DNA of 34,970 bases from an uncultured Bacillales bacterium (GTDB taxonomy: Bacteria > Bacillota_I > Bacilli_A > RF39 > UBA660): positions 1-34,970 of the forward strand of contig CAMYXG010000001.1 of assembly GCA_947303225.1 (NCBI GenBank), in the 5' to 3' direction. The notes beneath the pieces are model-generated. The model ran no database searches. It had not been told where the DNA came from and worked only from the letters and a program-made list of their open reading frames with translations. Position 1 is the first letter of the stretch. Every line of letters begins with the position of its first letter. The translations under genes were made by a program, and so were the position numbers. This document shows positions 16,745 through 24,653 of the stretch, piece after piece.

Positions 16745-19451
16745 AAAAATTATTATTCTTTTATTATTATTGATGGCTTTTATTCCTAGAACTGTATCAG
16801 CTACTATCAAAAAAGGGAATGGTTCTGAAACATGTACTAATTATATTAAAGACATGGATGATGGAACTGGATTTATTTCTAAGTATGGAATTAGTTTACA
16901 AACTAAGCAAGATAAGTTTGTTTTAAAAATAACTAAGTCAAAGATGTCTGCTGCTGCTAAAAAGGAAAAAGATGTTAAGTTTAAGATTGTGAAAATAGCA
17001 ACTTTTTCTCAGTATGATGATTATGACAATCCAATTTTCGATTCGGAAATTACTAGTGCAAAAGTGATTAAAAATGATTATATTCTATCTAATGATAATG
17101 CATTGGTTCCTGGTGGTACTTTAAATGTTAAGTTGATTGCAAAACCTGGGGTTGCTATATTTATAGAGCCAGATGGTTTTAGTGATTCTGAATTAACAAA
17201 AAAATGTGGTAGTAAAGCTTATTTTACTGTTTTATTTACTGGATTTCCTGCTGAAGGTGATATTCCAGAAACTGATGATGTAACAGATAAGGAAATAAAA
17301 AGTCCAGATGGTGACGATATTAGTAGTAAAAAAATCATAGATTGTAATAATTATAAGAATAAGGGGTGGAGTACATCTGGTTTTAATTATCAATTCTGTG
17401 ATGTTAAGACAAAAGCCATTCAAGCAAACGGTGGTGAAAAGAGTAATAGTGTTACTCAGAAATTGAAATGTGATGTTACAAAATGGAATTATACTTCAGA
17501 TTATTATGTCAATAAAACATATTTATGGAAAACGAAAACAAAAAATATTAAAAATGAAAAAGTTACTAATGAAGATGGTACAGAACAAAAACTTGGTAAT
17601 TTGGTTTATTATTATAACTATACTTGTGGAAATAAAAATGGGGATCCTCAGAATGTTGGTTCTTGTAAATTAACATGTGAAGAAGCTGTTATTGTTGAAT
17701 ATGGTCCTCCAATTGCTTCTAAAGCTGGACTTTGTTTTGAATATAAAGTGAAAGTTACAAGTCGTGTTAGTTGTGGTGTTGATCAATATCCACCAAAACC
17801 AACTAGAGGTAAATTATGTACGCCTTCTCCTCAATGTACGGTTCCAGGAAGTGGAATTGTGCATACACAAGGTGGACCTAATGAAGACTTTGATGCTTGT
17901 ATTCAATCTTGTGATGGTGGTAGTTATTCTGATAAGTGTAGTAATTTCTGTTATCAAAAAGTTTATGGCGATTCTAGTGTTAAAAAGACTTCTGGTTATG
18001 AGCTTAATTATGCAGATAAGTTAAATTCAGTAGTTAATTCTTCTACTGTAGAACAAGTTCGAAATGGAGCAACGACACATGAATACTATTGTGATAGTAA
18101 CAATAATATTATTTGGAATACTGGACCTACTGGTTTATCTAGAGATTCTAGTATGGGAAGGGGAAATCCAAATGATCCAAGATGGCATAGAGAGCATTCT
18201 AGTTGGGGTATTAGTCCAATGTCTGGCTATCAGTGTTATTCTGCAACTGGTATTCCAAGACGTTGTAATTGTGGAGAAACATGTACTTGGACAAAAGGAA
18301 GTTGCTCTAGTGTAACGAAATCTTATATGAATCCTGGTGAGGCTACTGATGCATATAATGATAATGTAGATCGTTATAATAATTACGTAAAGTATTGTAA
18401 TCGTGCTGCGACATGTACTACTACTACAGCTACTTTTACAATTAGTACTTCTGTAGGAAAAACTAAGTACACATTCCCATATTCTACGGATGCTGATCAA
18501 TTACAATATAAAGGACTAAAAACTAAGAAAACTATTCTTTCTAATAAAGGATGCTATTCTAGTGATGACTCAGAGGATCTTTCTCATGAATGGTATTTGG
18601 CAGAATGGAGTTTTCCTGGAACATTTATTCATAATAAGACTGGTGAGATATCTTATGAAAATAAAATAGAGAATTCTGGATGGCAAAAGGTTGATAAGAA
18701 ATTCTGTTTACCTCTTAATGCTCCTAGTGTTAATCAAAAATGGTGGAATTATTATTATACTAAAGAATCTAGTGGTTCTAAGACGTATTCTTTTGAGACA
18801 ACGGAATATAAAGATAATTGTCCTCAGACGTGTCGATTTACTACAGTTTCTAGTATTGCTCCTGGTGATATTTCAAAATGGAATATTAATGCTGTAACGA
18901 AAAAATTTGGACATTATGGTTGGAATATTACTATCTCTTGCTTCTATGCTTTAAATAATAATGTTACTTTAACGACAAAAAAATGTACAGTACCTGAGTG
19001 TAAAACATCTAATCCACAGGCTTATCGAATTCGTTCTGTTGATTTGGGTAACTTATTCCCTAATCCTGATGGTTCCTCAATATCTAATTATACTGAAATT
19101 GGAAGGGCTCCTGGATTCAATTGGAGTAGTAGCGCAAAAAATACTGTTAAGGATCCAAAATTAAAGAGTAATGCTAGTACCTATGCTAAGGCTGTTCAGA
19201 AGAAGGCTGATAAAGTATATAATTCTAGTTCTGAATTGGATTATCATATTTATTTGACTAAGGATATCATCAAAAAAATTAAATCAACTGGTCAGAATTA
19301 TACTTCATATTCAGGCTCTACAAGTATTACTAATGTTAGTCATTATCAAAGTGATTTAATTCGTAATGTAATTGGTGCAACTGAAATTCCTCAACCAGGA
19401 GATTTACAATGCAACAATTTACTTAATCGAAAATGTTCTACTAATAAATAA
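16728..19451 (+). CDS. Large secreted cysteine-rich protein of unknown family (cassette A, intact)
   Basis: 907-aa ORF. Signal peptide KKIIILLLLLMAFIPRTVSA|T. About 33 Cys by my count. No C-terminal sorting signal. Paralog of 24252-26930. Confidence 0.85.
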   Translation: MKIMHKKIIILLLLLMAFIPRTVSATIKKGNGSETCTNYIKDMDDGTGFISKYGISLQTKQDKFVLKITKSKMSAAAKKEKDVKFKIVKIATFSQYDDYDNPIFDSEITSAKVIKNDYILSNDNALVPGGTLNVKLIAKPGVAIFIEPDGFSDSELTKKCGSKAYFTVLFTGFPAEGDIPETDDVTDKEIKSPDGDDISSKKIIDCNNYKNKGWSTSGFNYQFCDVKTKAIQANGGEKSNSVTQKLKCDVTKWNYTSDYYVNKTYLWKTKTKNIKNEKVTNEDGTEQKLGNLVYYYNYTCGNKNGDPQNVGSCKLTCEEAVIVEYGPPIASKAGLCFEYKVKVTSRVSCGVDQYPPKPTRGKLCTPSPQCTVPGSGIVHTQGGPNEDFDACIQSCDGGSYSDKCSNFCYQKVYGDSSVKKTSGYELNYADKLNSVVNSSTVEQVRNGATTHEYYCDSNNNIIWNTGPTGLSRDSSMGRGNPNDPRWHREHSSWGISPMSGYQCYSATGIPRRCNCGETCTWTKGSCSSVTKSYMNPGEATDAYNDNVDRYNNYVKYCNRAATCTTTTATFTISTSVGKTKYTFPYSTDADQLQYKGLKTKKTILSNKGCYSSDDSEDLSHEWYLAEWSFPGTFIHNKTGEISYENKIENSGWQKVDKKFCLPLNAPSVNQKWWNYYYTKESSGSKTYSFETTEYKDNCPQTCRFTTVSSIAPGDISKWNINAVTKKFGHYGWNITISCFYALNNNVTLTTKKCTVPECKTSNPQAYRIRSVDLGNLFPNPDGSSISNYTEIGRAPGFNWSSSAKNTVKDPKLKSNASTYAKAVQKKADKVYNSSSELDYHIYLTKDIIKKIKSTGQNYTSYSGSTSITNVSHYQSDLIRNVIGATEIPQPGDLQCNNLLNRKCSTNK

Positions 19452-19473
19452 TAGTAAGGAGGGATAATAATAT

Positions 19474-19962
19474 ATGAATAAAGGTATGTTAACGGTTGGA
19501 ATTATTCTTTTGAGTGTTATTGCATTATTATTAATTAATGTTTTAAATAATTATATGACTGGTGGGGAACTTGATTATTATTTAGTGAAGGAAACTGCTG
19601 ATGCTGCTATGGAAGATGCAATGGATAAAATGTATTTAAGAACATGCGGATTGCCACGTATGGATAAGGAAAAATTTGTAGAAAATTTTGTTTATCGTTT
19701 TGCAAATAGTGTCGATTCTAATCGTGAATATGATTTGAAATTTTATGACTTAAATGAAGTTCCTCCAAAGATTACTGTAGAAGTAAACTCGTTGACCGTT
19801 TTATCTTTTAATGTATCTGGAGAAAAAAATAGTAAACAAGCAGCTAATATTTCTACAAAATATAGTGCTATAGCAGAGTCTTCTTATTATAGTGATCCTG
19901 CTGTAGAAGAAGGTTTTACAAATAATATTTCTAAAAAAGATCAATGTAAACCTTATAAATAG
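19474..19962 (+). CDS. Small prepilin-like / N-terminally anchored protein (cassette A)
   Basis: RBS aaggaggg. A 4-residue leader MNKG is followed by a 20-residue hydrophobic stretch MLTVGIILLSVIALLLINVL. Two conserved Cys. Paralog of 26946-27464. Confidence 0.8.
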   Translation: MNKGMLTVGIILLSVIALLLINVLNNYMTGGELDYYLVKETADAAMEDAMDKMYLRTCGLPRMDKEKFVENFVYRFANSVDSNREYDLKFYDLNEVPPKITVEVNSLTVLSFNVSGEKNSKQAANISTKYSAIAESSYYSDPAVEEGFTNNISKKDQCKPYK

Positions 19963-19963
19963 T

Positions 19964-19999
19964 AAAAAAAGATGACTTCATCTTTTTTTCTTTTTTTTC
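19964..19999 (+). terminator. Rho-independent terminator ending cassette A
   Basis: Stem aaaaaaagatg (19964-19974) pairs with catcttttttt (19979-19989) around loop actt, followed by an extended T-tract. Confidence 0.75.
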
Positions 20000-20028
20000 T
20001 TTCCAAATTTTATAAAATGAGATATACT
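20000..20028 (+). promoter_or_regulatory. Candidate promoter of the 20062 gene / cassette B / tad-like operon
   Basis: tttcca, a 17-nt spacer, then TATACT (20023-20028). It resembles 14146-14174. Confidence 0.35.
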
Positions 20029-20061
20029 TATATAGAATGATAATAGGGGAGTGTGAACTTT

Positions 20062-21615
20062 ATGATTTTTCGTAAACCTTATGCCTTTCTAATTAAGAAT
20101 TTTAAGAAAATTCATATATTTTTACTATTACTAAGTTTGTATGTTGCCTATAAATTAATTAATGTTAATCATTTTGTTGGGGAATTTATGAAATTTGGAT
20201 CTTACGATTATTTTCAAGATCCTATTACAAATCATATTACTATTTGGTTGAGGATATCTATTTTAGTATTAGTATTTGGTAGTACAGCATTACTATTTTT
20301 ATTACATCATAAAAAGAAGCCATGGAAAATATATTTAGTTCCTATTGTTGAATATCTTGCATTATTTTTTGTATTAGGAATGATTCGAAGTTTCTTTAAT
20401 AATTATTCTAGTGATATTGAGACGACAGATTTACGTCTATCTAGAGATTTATTAATGATATTTTTAATTGCTCAGATACCTGCAATTGGTATTTTTATGA
20501 TGCGTGTATTTGGGTTGGATATTCGTAAGTTTCATTTTAATTCTGATGAAGAATTCTTACAATTAAGTGAGGAAGATAGAGAAGAGTTTGAAGTTAATAT
20601 AAATATTGATCAGCATTCTTTTAAACGTGGTTATCGAAGATTTATTCGAAATATCAATTATTTTTATATAGAACATAAAAAAATATGTAGAACTATTATA
20701 GGAATTGTTGTTGCCGTAGCTCTTTTTCAGACCTATCGACTTATTTTTGTTACTCATAAGAGTTATCAAGAAGGAAATGACTATAGTGTTAATGGTTATA
20801 CTATAAAAGTACATAATAGTTACTATACAGATAAAGATTATACCGGAAATGTTATTTCTAAAAATAGCAATTTTATCGTAGTTGATTTAACGGTAACTAA
20901 TTATGATGCTCCTAGAAAGCTGAAAATAGATAATTTTCATATAAAAAATGGGACTAGTGATTTTGTATCTACTAGAAAAACATATGAAAAAGAGTTTCAA
21001 GATTTTGGGACTACTTATGAAAGTGTAAAAGAATTTAAAAGAGATGAATCTTTTCGGTTTATTATTATTTATAAAGTAGATAAAAATTTAAAGATTAATA
21101 ATTTTAATTTGTTTTATCAAGAACATGATTATTTACGTAAAATTAAATTACATGTAAAAGATTGTCGAGAAATAGAAGATGGAGGAACTATTTCTTCTGG
21201 AGATACTATGAATTTTATGCTTCAAGGAAAAGAGGAGAATATTTCATTTGATTATTTTGAATTTAATAGTGAAGTTTCTTATTTTGCAAGGTCTTGCAAT
21301 AGTGTGACTTGTTCAGTTAATGAGCAAACTTATACTGCAAGTGGTGATAATACGGTATTGAAAATTGACTTTGCTTCTGATACTTTTGAAGGAAAAGACA
21401 TGGTTGACTTTTCAAACGATTATGGTAAAATTGTTTATATAGATAATAGTAATGATGAGAATGAAAAGGTAGAGATTGATTTTCATTATCCTTTTTCTAA
21501 AAAAGCTACTGGTAAGTATTTGTATACTTTGGTTCCAAAGGTAGTTGAAAATTCTAGTAGTGTAGAAATTGTTTATACTGTTCGGAATAAGAGGTACGTA
21601 TATAAGTTGGTATAA
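20062..21615 (+). CDS. Polytopic membrane protein with a large C-terminal extracytoplasmic beta-rich domain
   Basis: Five hydrophobic segments in the first roughly 235 aa, then about 280 aa of non-hydrophobic sequence (YSVNGYTIKVHNSYY...FIVVDLTVTNYD...FHIKNG) reminiscent of DUF4352-type Ig-like domains. ATG 20062 is better spaced from RBS ggggag than the track GTG 20053. Confidence 0.7.
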   Translation: MIFRKPYAFLIKNFKKIHIFLLLLSLYVAYKLINVNHFVGEFMKFGSYDYFQDPITNHITIWLRISILVLVFGSTALLFLLHHKKKPWKIYLVPIVEYLALFFVLGMIRSFFNNYSSDIETTDLRLSRDLLMIFLIAQIPAIGIFMMRVFGLDIRKFHFNSDEEFLQLSEEDREEFEVNINIDQHSFKRGYRRFIRNINYFYIEHKKICRTIIGIVVAVALFQTYRLIFVTHKSYQEGNDYSVNGYTIKVHNSYYTDKDYTGNVISKNSNFIVVDLTVTNYDAPRKLKIDNFHIKNGTSDFVSTRKTYEKEFQDFGTTYESVKEFKRDESFRFIIIYKVDKNLKINNFNLFYQEHDYLRKIKLHVKDCREIEDGGTISSGDTMNFMLQGKEENISFDYFEFNSEVSYFARSCNSVTCSVNEQTYTASGDNTVLKIDFASDTFEGKDMVDFSNDYGKIVYIDNSNDENEKVEIDFHYPFSKKATGKYLYTLVPKVVENSSSVEIVYTVRNKRYVYKLV

Positions 21616-21625
21616 GGAGATATAT

Positions 21626-23428
21626 ATGAAAACAATAAATGATAATTTAAAATTAGTAGTTACTATCTTAATTGTTGGTTTATTTTTATGGTTTTTAGTT
21701 CTTTATCCTATCATTAATTTTCATAATAATGAAAGTTTATTAGAAAATGCTGCTAGAAGGTATTTTGAATTAAATCCAAATGATTTACCAACTGGTGAGA
21801 GAGTGAAAACTGTTACATTGGAGACGTTGTATCATAAGTCTTTTTTAGAAAAAGATTTATATGCTCCATATACAAGGAAGAATTGCTCTATCAGTAAAAG
21901 TTGGGTAAAGGTTCGTCGTGAAAACAATCAATATCAGTATTATGTTTATCTAGATTGTGGAGGTGCTCTACATTCCTTAACAGATCATAAAGGTCCTGAG
22001 ATACGGTTAAATGGAGATTTAGATGTTTCTGTTTCTCTTGGAGAAGATTTTACTGATCCTGGAGTAAAAAGTGTAATTGATGGAGTTGATGGTCGTTTAA
22101 AAAATGCTGAAGTTGTTACTAAGGGTAAAGTAGATACTTCTAAAGTTGGTACGTATGAGATTACTTATACAGCAACTGATCAATTGAGTAATAAGACAAC
22201 TGTTACTAGGACTGTTCAAGTTGTTCAAAAACTATATCAAACTATCCTTCAAAAATTAGATAATAGTCGTAATTTTGTGGGGAATCCTGATGATAATTAT
22301 TTAATACTATCTAATATGATGTTTCGTATTTATGGTGTTGATGATGCGAATGTTTTGATTGTTGCAGATGAAGATGTTGCCAATGTTAACTATTCTAAAT
22401 TAGATAGTTGGTTAGAGTATTATTACAATCATTTAAATTCAAAAACTAAAAAGATGATTGTTGCTTCTCAATTTTGTAATATGAAGGTAACAGATACTAG
22501 TTTAGATACTACGCAGTGTAATTCTTATACAAGAAAAAGAAGTGTATATATTCCTTCGATAGTGGAAGTTAATAAAGCTGGTACTATGGAAGATAATTTT
22601 ATGAAGACTTCTACCATGTCTTGGGTTGCTAATTCAAAGAGTGATAAACAGGCTTATGTTACACGTGATCTTTTCTTTGGTGATTCTTATGGTAAAAGTT
22701 ATTTACCATATAATATCACTGATAATTATGGAGTTAGACCTATGATGTTTATTAAGGGTGATTCTTTAATAACTGGTGGTGATGGTACTAGAGAGAATCC
22801 ATTTGTATTTGGTGATACGAAAAAAGGATCGACTGGTAAGCTTGTTCATGATCGATTTACAGGTGAATATATTACAGATGGTGGACTTTTATGGAGAATT
22901 ATTGAGCCTATAGACGATGGAACGACTAAAATCATTAGTGTTTCTAGTATTATTAATACTTCAGCAGATGTGACTTTTTATCCTGATCCAGATAGTGATA
23001 TTATTCAATATAATCCAAAAGATAAGATGAGTGTTGGATACTTTATTGAAAATGGGATTCGTTCTTACGTGGATACTTCTAAGTTTGTACGACATGTTGT
23101 AGAAGTTCCTATCTATAAAAATAAGATTATTTATGGTGAAGAGGTTGATACCAAAAAATATGAAGTAATGTTATCAGCACCGAATATGTATGAATTATTT
23201 AGTGCTCAAACAAAAAATATTATTGGAGAGTATTCTAAATCATATTGGTTAATTAATAGTTCTAATGGTAAACGTATTGCTGGAGCGATTACGGATATTG
23301 GAGTTCCAATTAATGAGCCGATTGAGTCATATGATTCATTAGGTGTGAGGGTTGTTGGATATTTGAAAAAAGATATCACTATAAGTAGTGGAAAGGGTAC
23401 AGAGGTTTCCCCTTATAGGATTAAATAG
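21626..23428 (+). CDS. Membrane-anchored surface protein: pilin-like N-terminus, Ig-like (DUF5011-type) domain, two WxxxS...GVRP-type modules (cassette B, intact)
   Basis: ATG 21626 lies 6 nt after aaggag; the track start 21569 overlaps the upstream gene. TM segment LVVTILIVGLFLWFLVL. GPEIRLNGDLDVSVSLGEDFTDPGV...GTYEITYTATDQLSNKTTVTRTVQVV resembles DUF5011 Ig-like domains. MSWVANS...NYGVRPMMFIKGD...GDGTRENPFVF and SYWLINS...LGVRVVGYL...GTEVSPYRI resemble the DUF6273-type motif. Confidence 0.8.
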   Translation: MKTINDNLKLVVTILIVGLFLWFLVLYPIINFHNNESLLENAARRYFELNPNDLPTGERVKTVTLETLYHKSFLEKDLYAPYTRKNCSISKSWVKVRRENNQYQYYVYLDCGGALHSLTDHKGPEIRLNGDLDVSVSLGEDFTDPGVKSVIDGVDGRLKNAEVVTKGKVDTSKVGTYEITYTATDQLSNKTTVTRTVQVVQKLYQTILQKLDNSRNFVGNPDDNYLILSNMMFRIYGVDDANVLIVADEDVANVNYSKLDSWLEYYYNHLNSKTKKMIVASQFCNMKVTDTSLDTTQCNSYTRKRSVYIPSIVEVNKAGTMEDNFMKTSTMSWVANSKSDKQAYVTRDLFFGDSYGKSYLPYNITDNYGVRPMMFIKGDSLITGGDGTRENPFVFGDTKKGSTGKLVHDRFTGEYITDGGLLWRIIEPIDDGTTKIISVSSIINTSADVTFYPDPDSDIIQYNPKDKMSVGYFIENGIRSYVDTSKFVRHVVEVPIYKNKIIYGEEVDTKKYEVMLSAPNMYELFSAQTKNIIGEYSKSYWLINSSNGKRIAGAITDIGVPINEPIESYDSLGVRVVGYLKKDITISSGKGTEVSPYRIK

Positions 23429-23443
23429 AAAAGGAGTAGTAGT

Positions 23444-24286
23444 ATGAGTTGGAAAAAGAAAAGAATTTCAAAAAAAGAAAAAAAACAAAGACAAGTGATT
23501 TTATTAGTATCTCTTGTTGCATTGATTATTTTACTATTTGTAATAATGCTATGTGAAATATTTGTTACTCATAAAGATTTTTATGAAATGGAATCAAGAG
23601 TTTCCAATGTGGCGTTGGCACAAGATAGTAATAATGATAATTATCAAACTGCTGGTTGGTTGAAGGTTCAAGGAACTAACTTGGATTTGCCAGTTTTAAC
23701 AGGAATTGATAATGATATTGATTTTCCAGTAGAGATGGAAAAATATGTTTGGAATGTTGGTAATAAAAGAGGATTTCAAAAGAAAATTGATATAATGGGA
23801 CATAATATTTTTAATTTGTCTTCATCTCCTAAACTAACATCTGATTCTTTTAATCGATTTGAAGAATTGATGGGATTTGTTTATTATGATTTTGCAAAAG
23901 ATAATAAATATTTTCAAATTACAATTGATGGAAAAGATTATCTCTATAAAATATTCTCTGTAGATTTTATAGATGCTGTTGATGTAGATATGTTTCCAAG
24001 TGGAGATTATACAAGGGACGATATTCAATATCAGCTTGATTTATTTAAGAAAAATACGATTTATGATTATGATGTTGATGTAAATGAAGATGATAGTTTT
24101 GCTTCTTTGATTACCTGTACAAGATTTTTTGGAACGGAAGAATATATTGACTTTTTAGTTAATGGAAGACTTGTTCGTTCTAATGAAAAAATAAAAGATT
24201 ATGATATTAAGAAAACAAAAAATTATGCAAAAGTTGAAAAAGTATTGAAAGGTGATGATGACAATGATACGGACAGTTCGATGTAA
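23444..24286 (+). CDS. Sortase-fold protein, class B-like, N-terminally membrane anchored (cassette B)
   Basis: GWLKVQGTNLDLPVL, IDIMGHNIF, YLYKIFSV and ASLITCTR. Paralog of 15947-16744 with the candidate catalytic His and Cys conserved. Confidence 0.7.
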   Translation: MSWKKKRISKKEKKQRQVILLVSLVALIILLFVIMLCEIFVTHKDFYEMESRVSNVALAQDSNNDNYQTAGWLKVQGTNLDLPVLTGIDNDIDFPVEMEKYVWNVGNKRGFQKKIDIMGHNIFNLSSSPKLTSDSFNRFEELMGFVYYDFAKDNKYFQITIDGKDYLYKIFSVDFIDAVDVDMFPSGDYTRDDIQYQLDLFKKNTIYDYDVDVNEDDSFASLITCTRFFGTEEYIDFLVNGRLVRSNEKIKDYDIKKTKNYAKVEKVLKGDDDNDTDSSM

Positions 24287-24569
24287 GAGAATATTGGGGT
24301 TATCTATTCTAGTGCTTATTGTATCTGTTTTTTCATTCTTACAAGTTCAAGCAAAAACAAAAGAAGAATGGAAAGCATATTGTAAGGATTATCTTCCTAA
24401 TACGAAGTTTGTTTCAAGATATAATGCTACGATTGAAGAAGTTGATATTACAGATAGTGGTCTTGCTTCTAAATATAAAATATCAATTAATCCAAAGTCA
24501 TCTGATGCAGATTTAAAAAAGGCTTTGAGAAAAATTGTTTTTGTAGTTTCAGAGGTTAATGGTAAGTAA
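24252..24569 (+). CDS. N-terminal (signal-peptide) fragment of the cassette B cysteine-rich protein, ended by an in-frame TAA
   Basis: Signal peptide RILGLSILVLIVSVFSFLQVQA|K. It is in the same frame as 24654-26930, and the 84 nt between them contain no other stop. Confidence 0.6.
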   Translation: MMMTMIRTVRCKRILGLSILVLIVSVFSFLQVQAKTKEEWKAYCKDYLPNTKFVSRYNATIEEVDITDSGLASKYKISINPKSSDADLKKALRKIVFVVSEVNGK

Positions 24570-24653
24570 CAAGATGGAAAACAAACTGTTTCTTATAAAT
24601 ATCCACTTATCATTAAGGGTAGTTTTACAAAAGATTCTTCTGGAGAACAGAAG

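Larger units (their letters stand above)
14211..19962 (+). repeat. Cassette A: first copy of a diverged tandemly duplicated 4-gene module
   Basis: It has the same gene order as 21626-27464, and its products align along their full length. By eye, protein similarity runs from about half to two-thirds identical. Confidence 0.85.

Noticed and set aside
17232-18897. Nested ORFs inside the 907-aa gene (17232-17423 -, 17470-17673 +, 17764-18024 +, 18064-18315 +, 18135-18500 -, 18691-18897 +).
   Set aside because: All lie entirely within a long ORF that has a clear paralog and a signal peptide. Their products are low-complexity I/L/V/K-rich strings typical of off-frame translation in AT-rich DNA, and they have no RBS.
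23470-23485. A7 and A8 homopolymer runs at the 5' end of the cassette B sortase-like gene, considered as slipped-strand phase-variation tracts.
   Set aside because: They encode a lysine-rich cytoplasmic stub (KKKRISKKEKKQRQ). Runs of this length are common throughout this AT-rich window, and a single sequence gives no evidence of length heterogeneity.
15258-24569. Whether the in-frame TAA codons at 15258-15260 and 24567-24569 reflect an alternative genetic code or programmed recoding.
   Set aside because: TAA, TAG and TGA all terminate well-supported housekeeping genes in this window, and Trp is consistently TGG. The cassette A gene also has an independent deletion and frameshift. Ordinary pseudogenisation or sequencing error is the simpler explanation.
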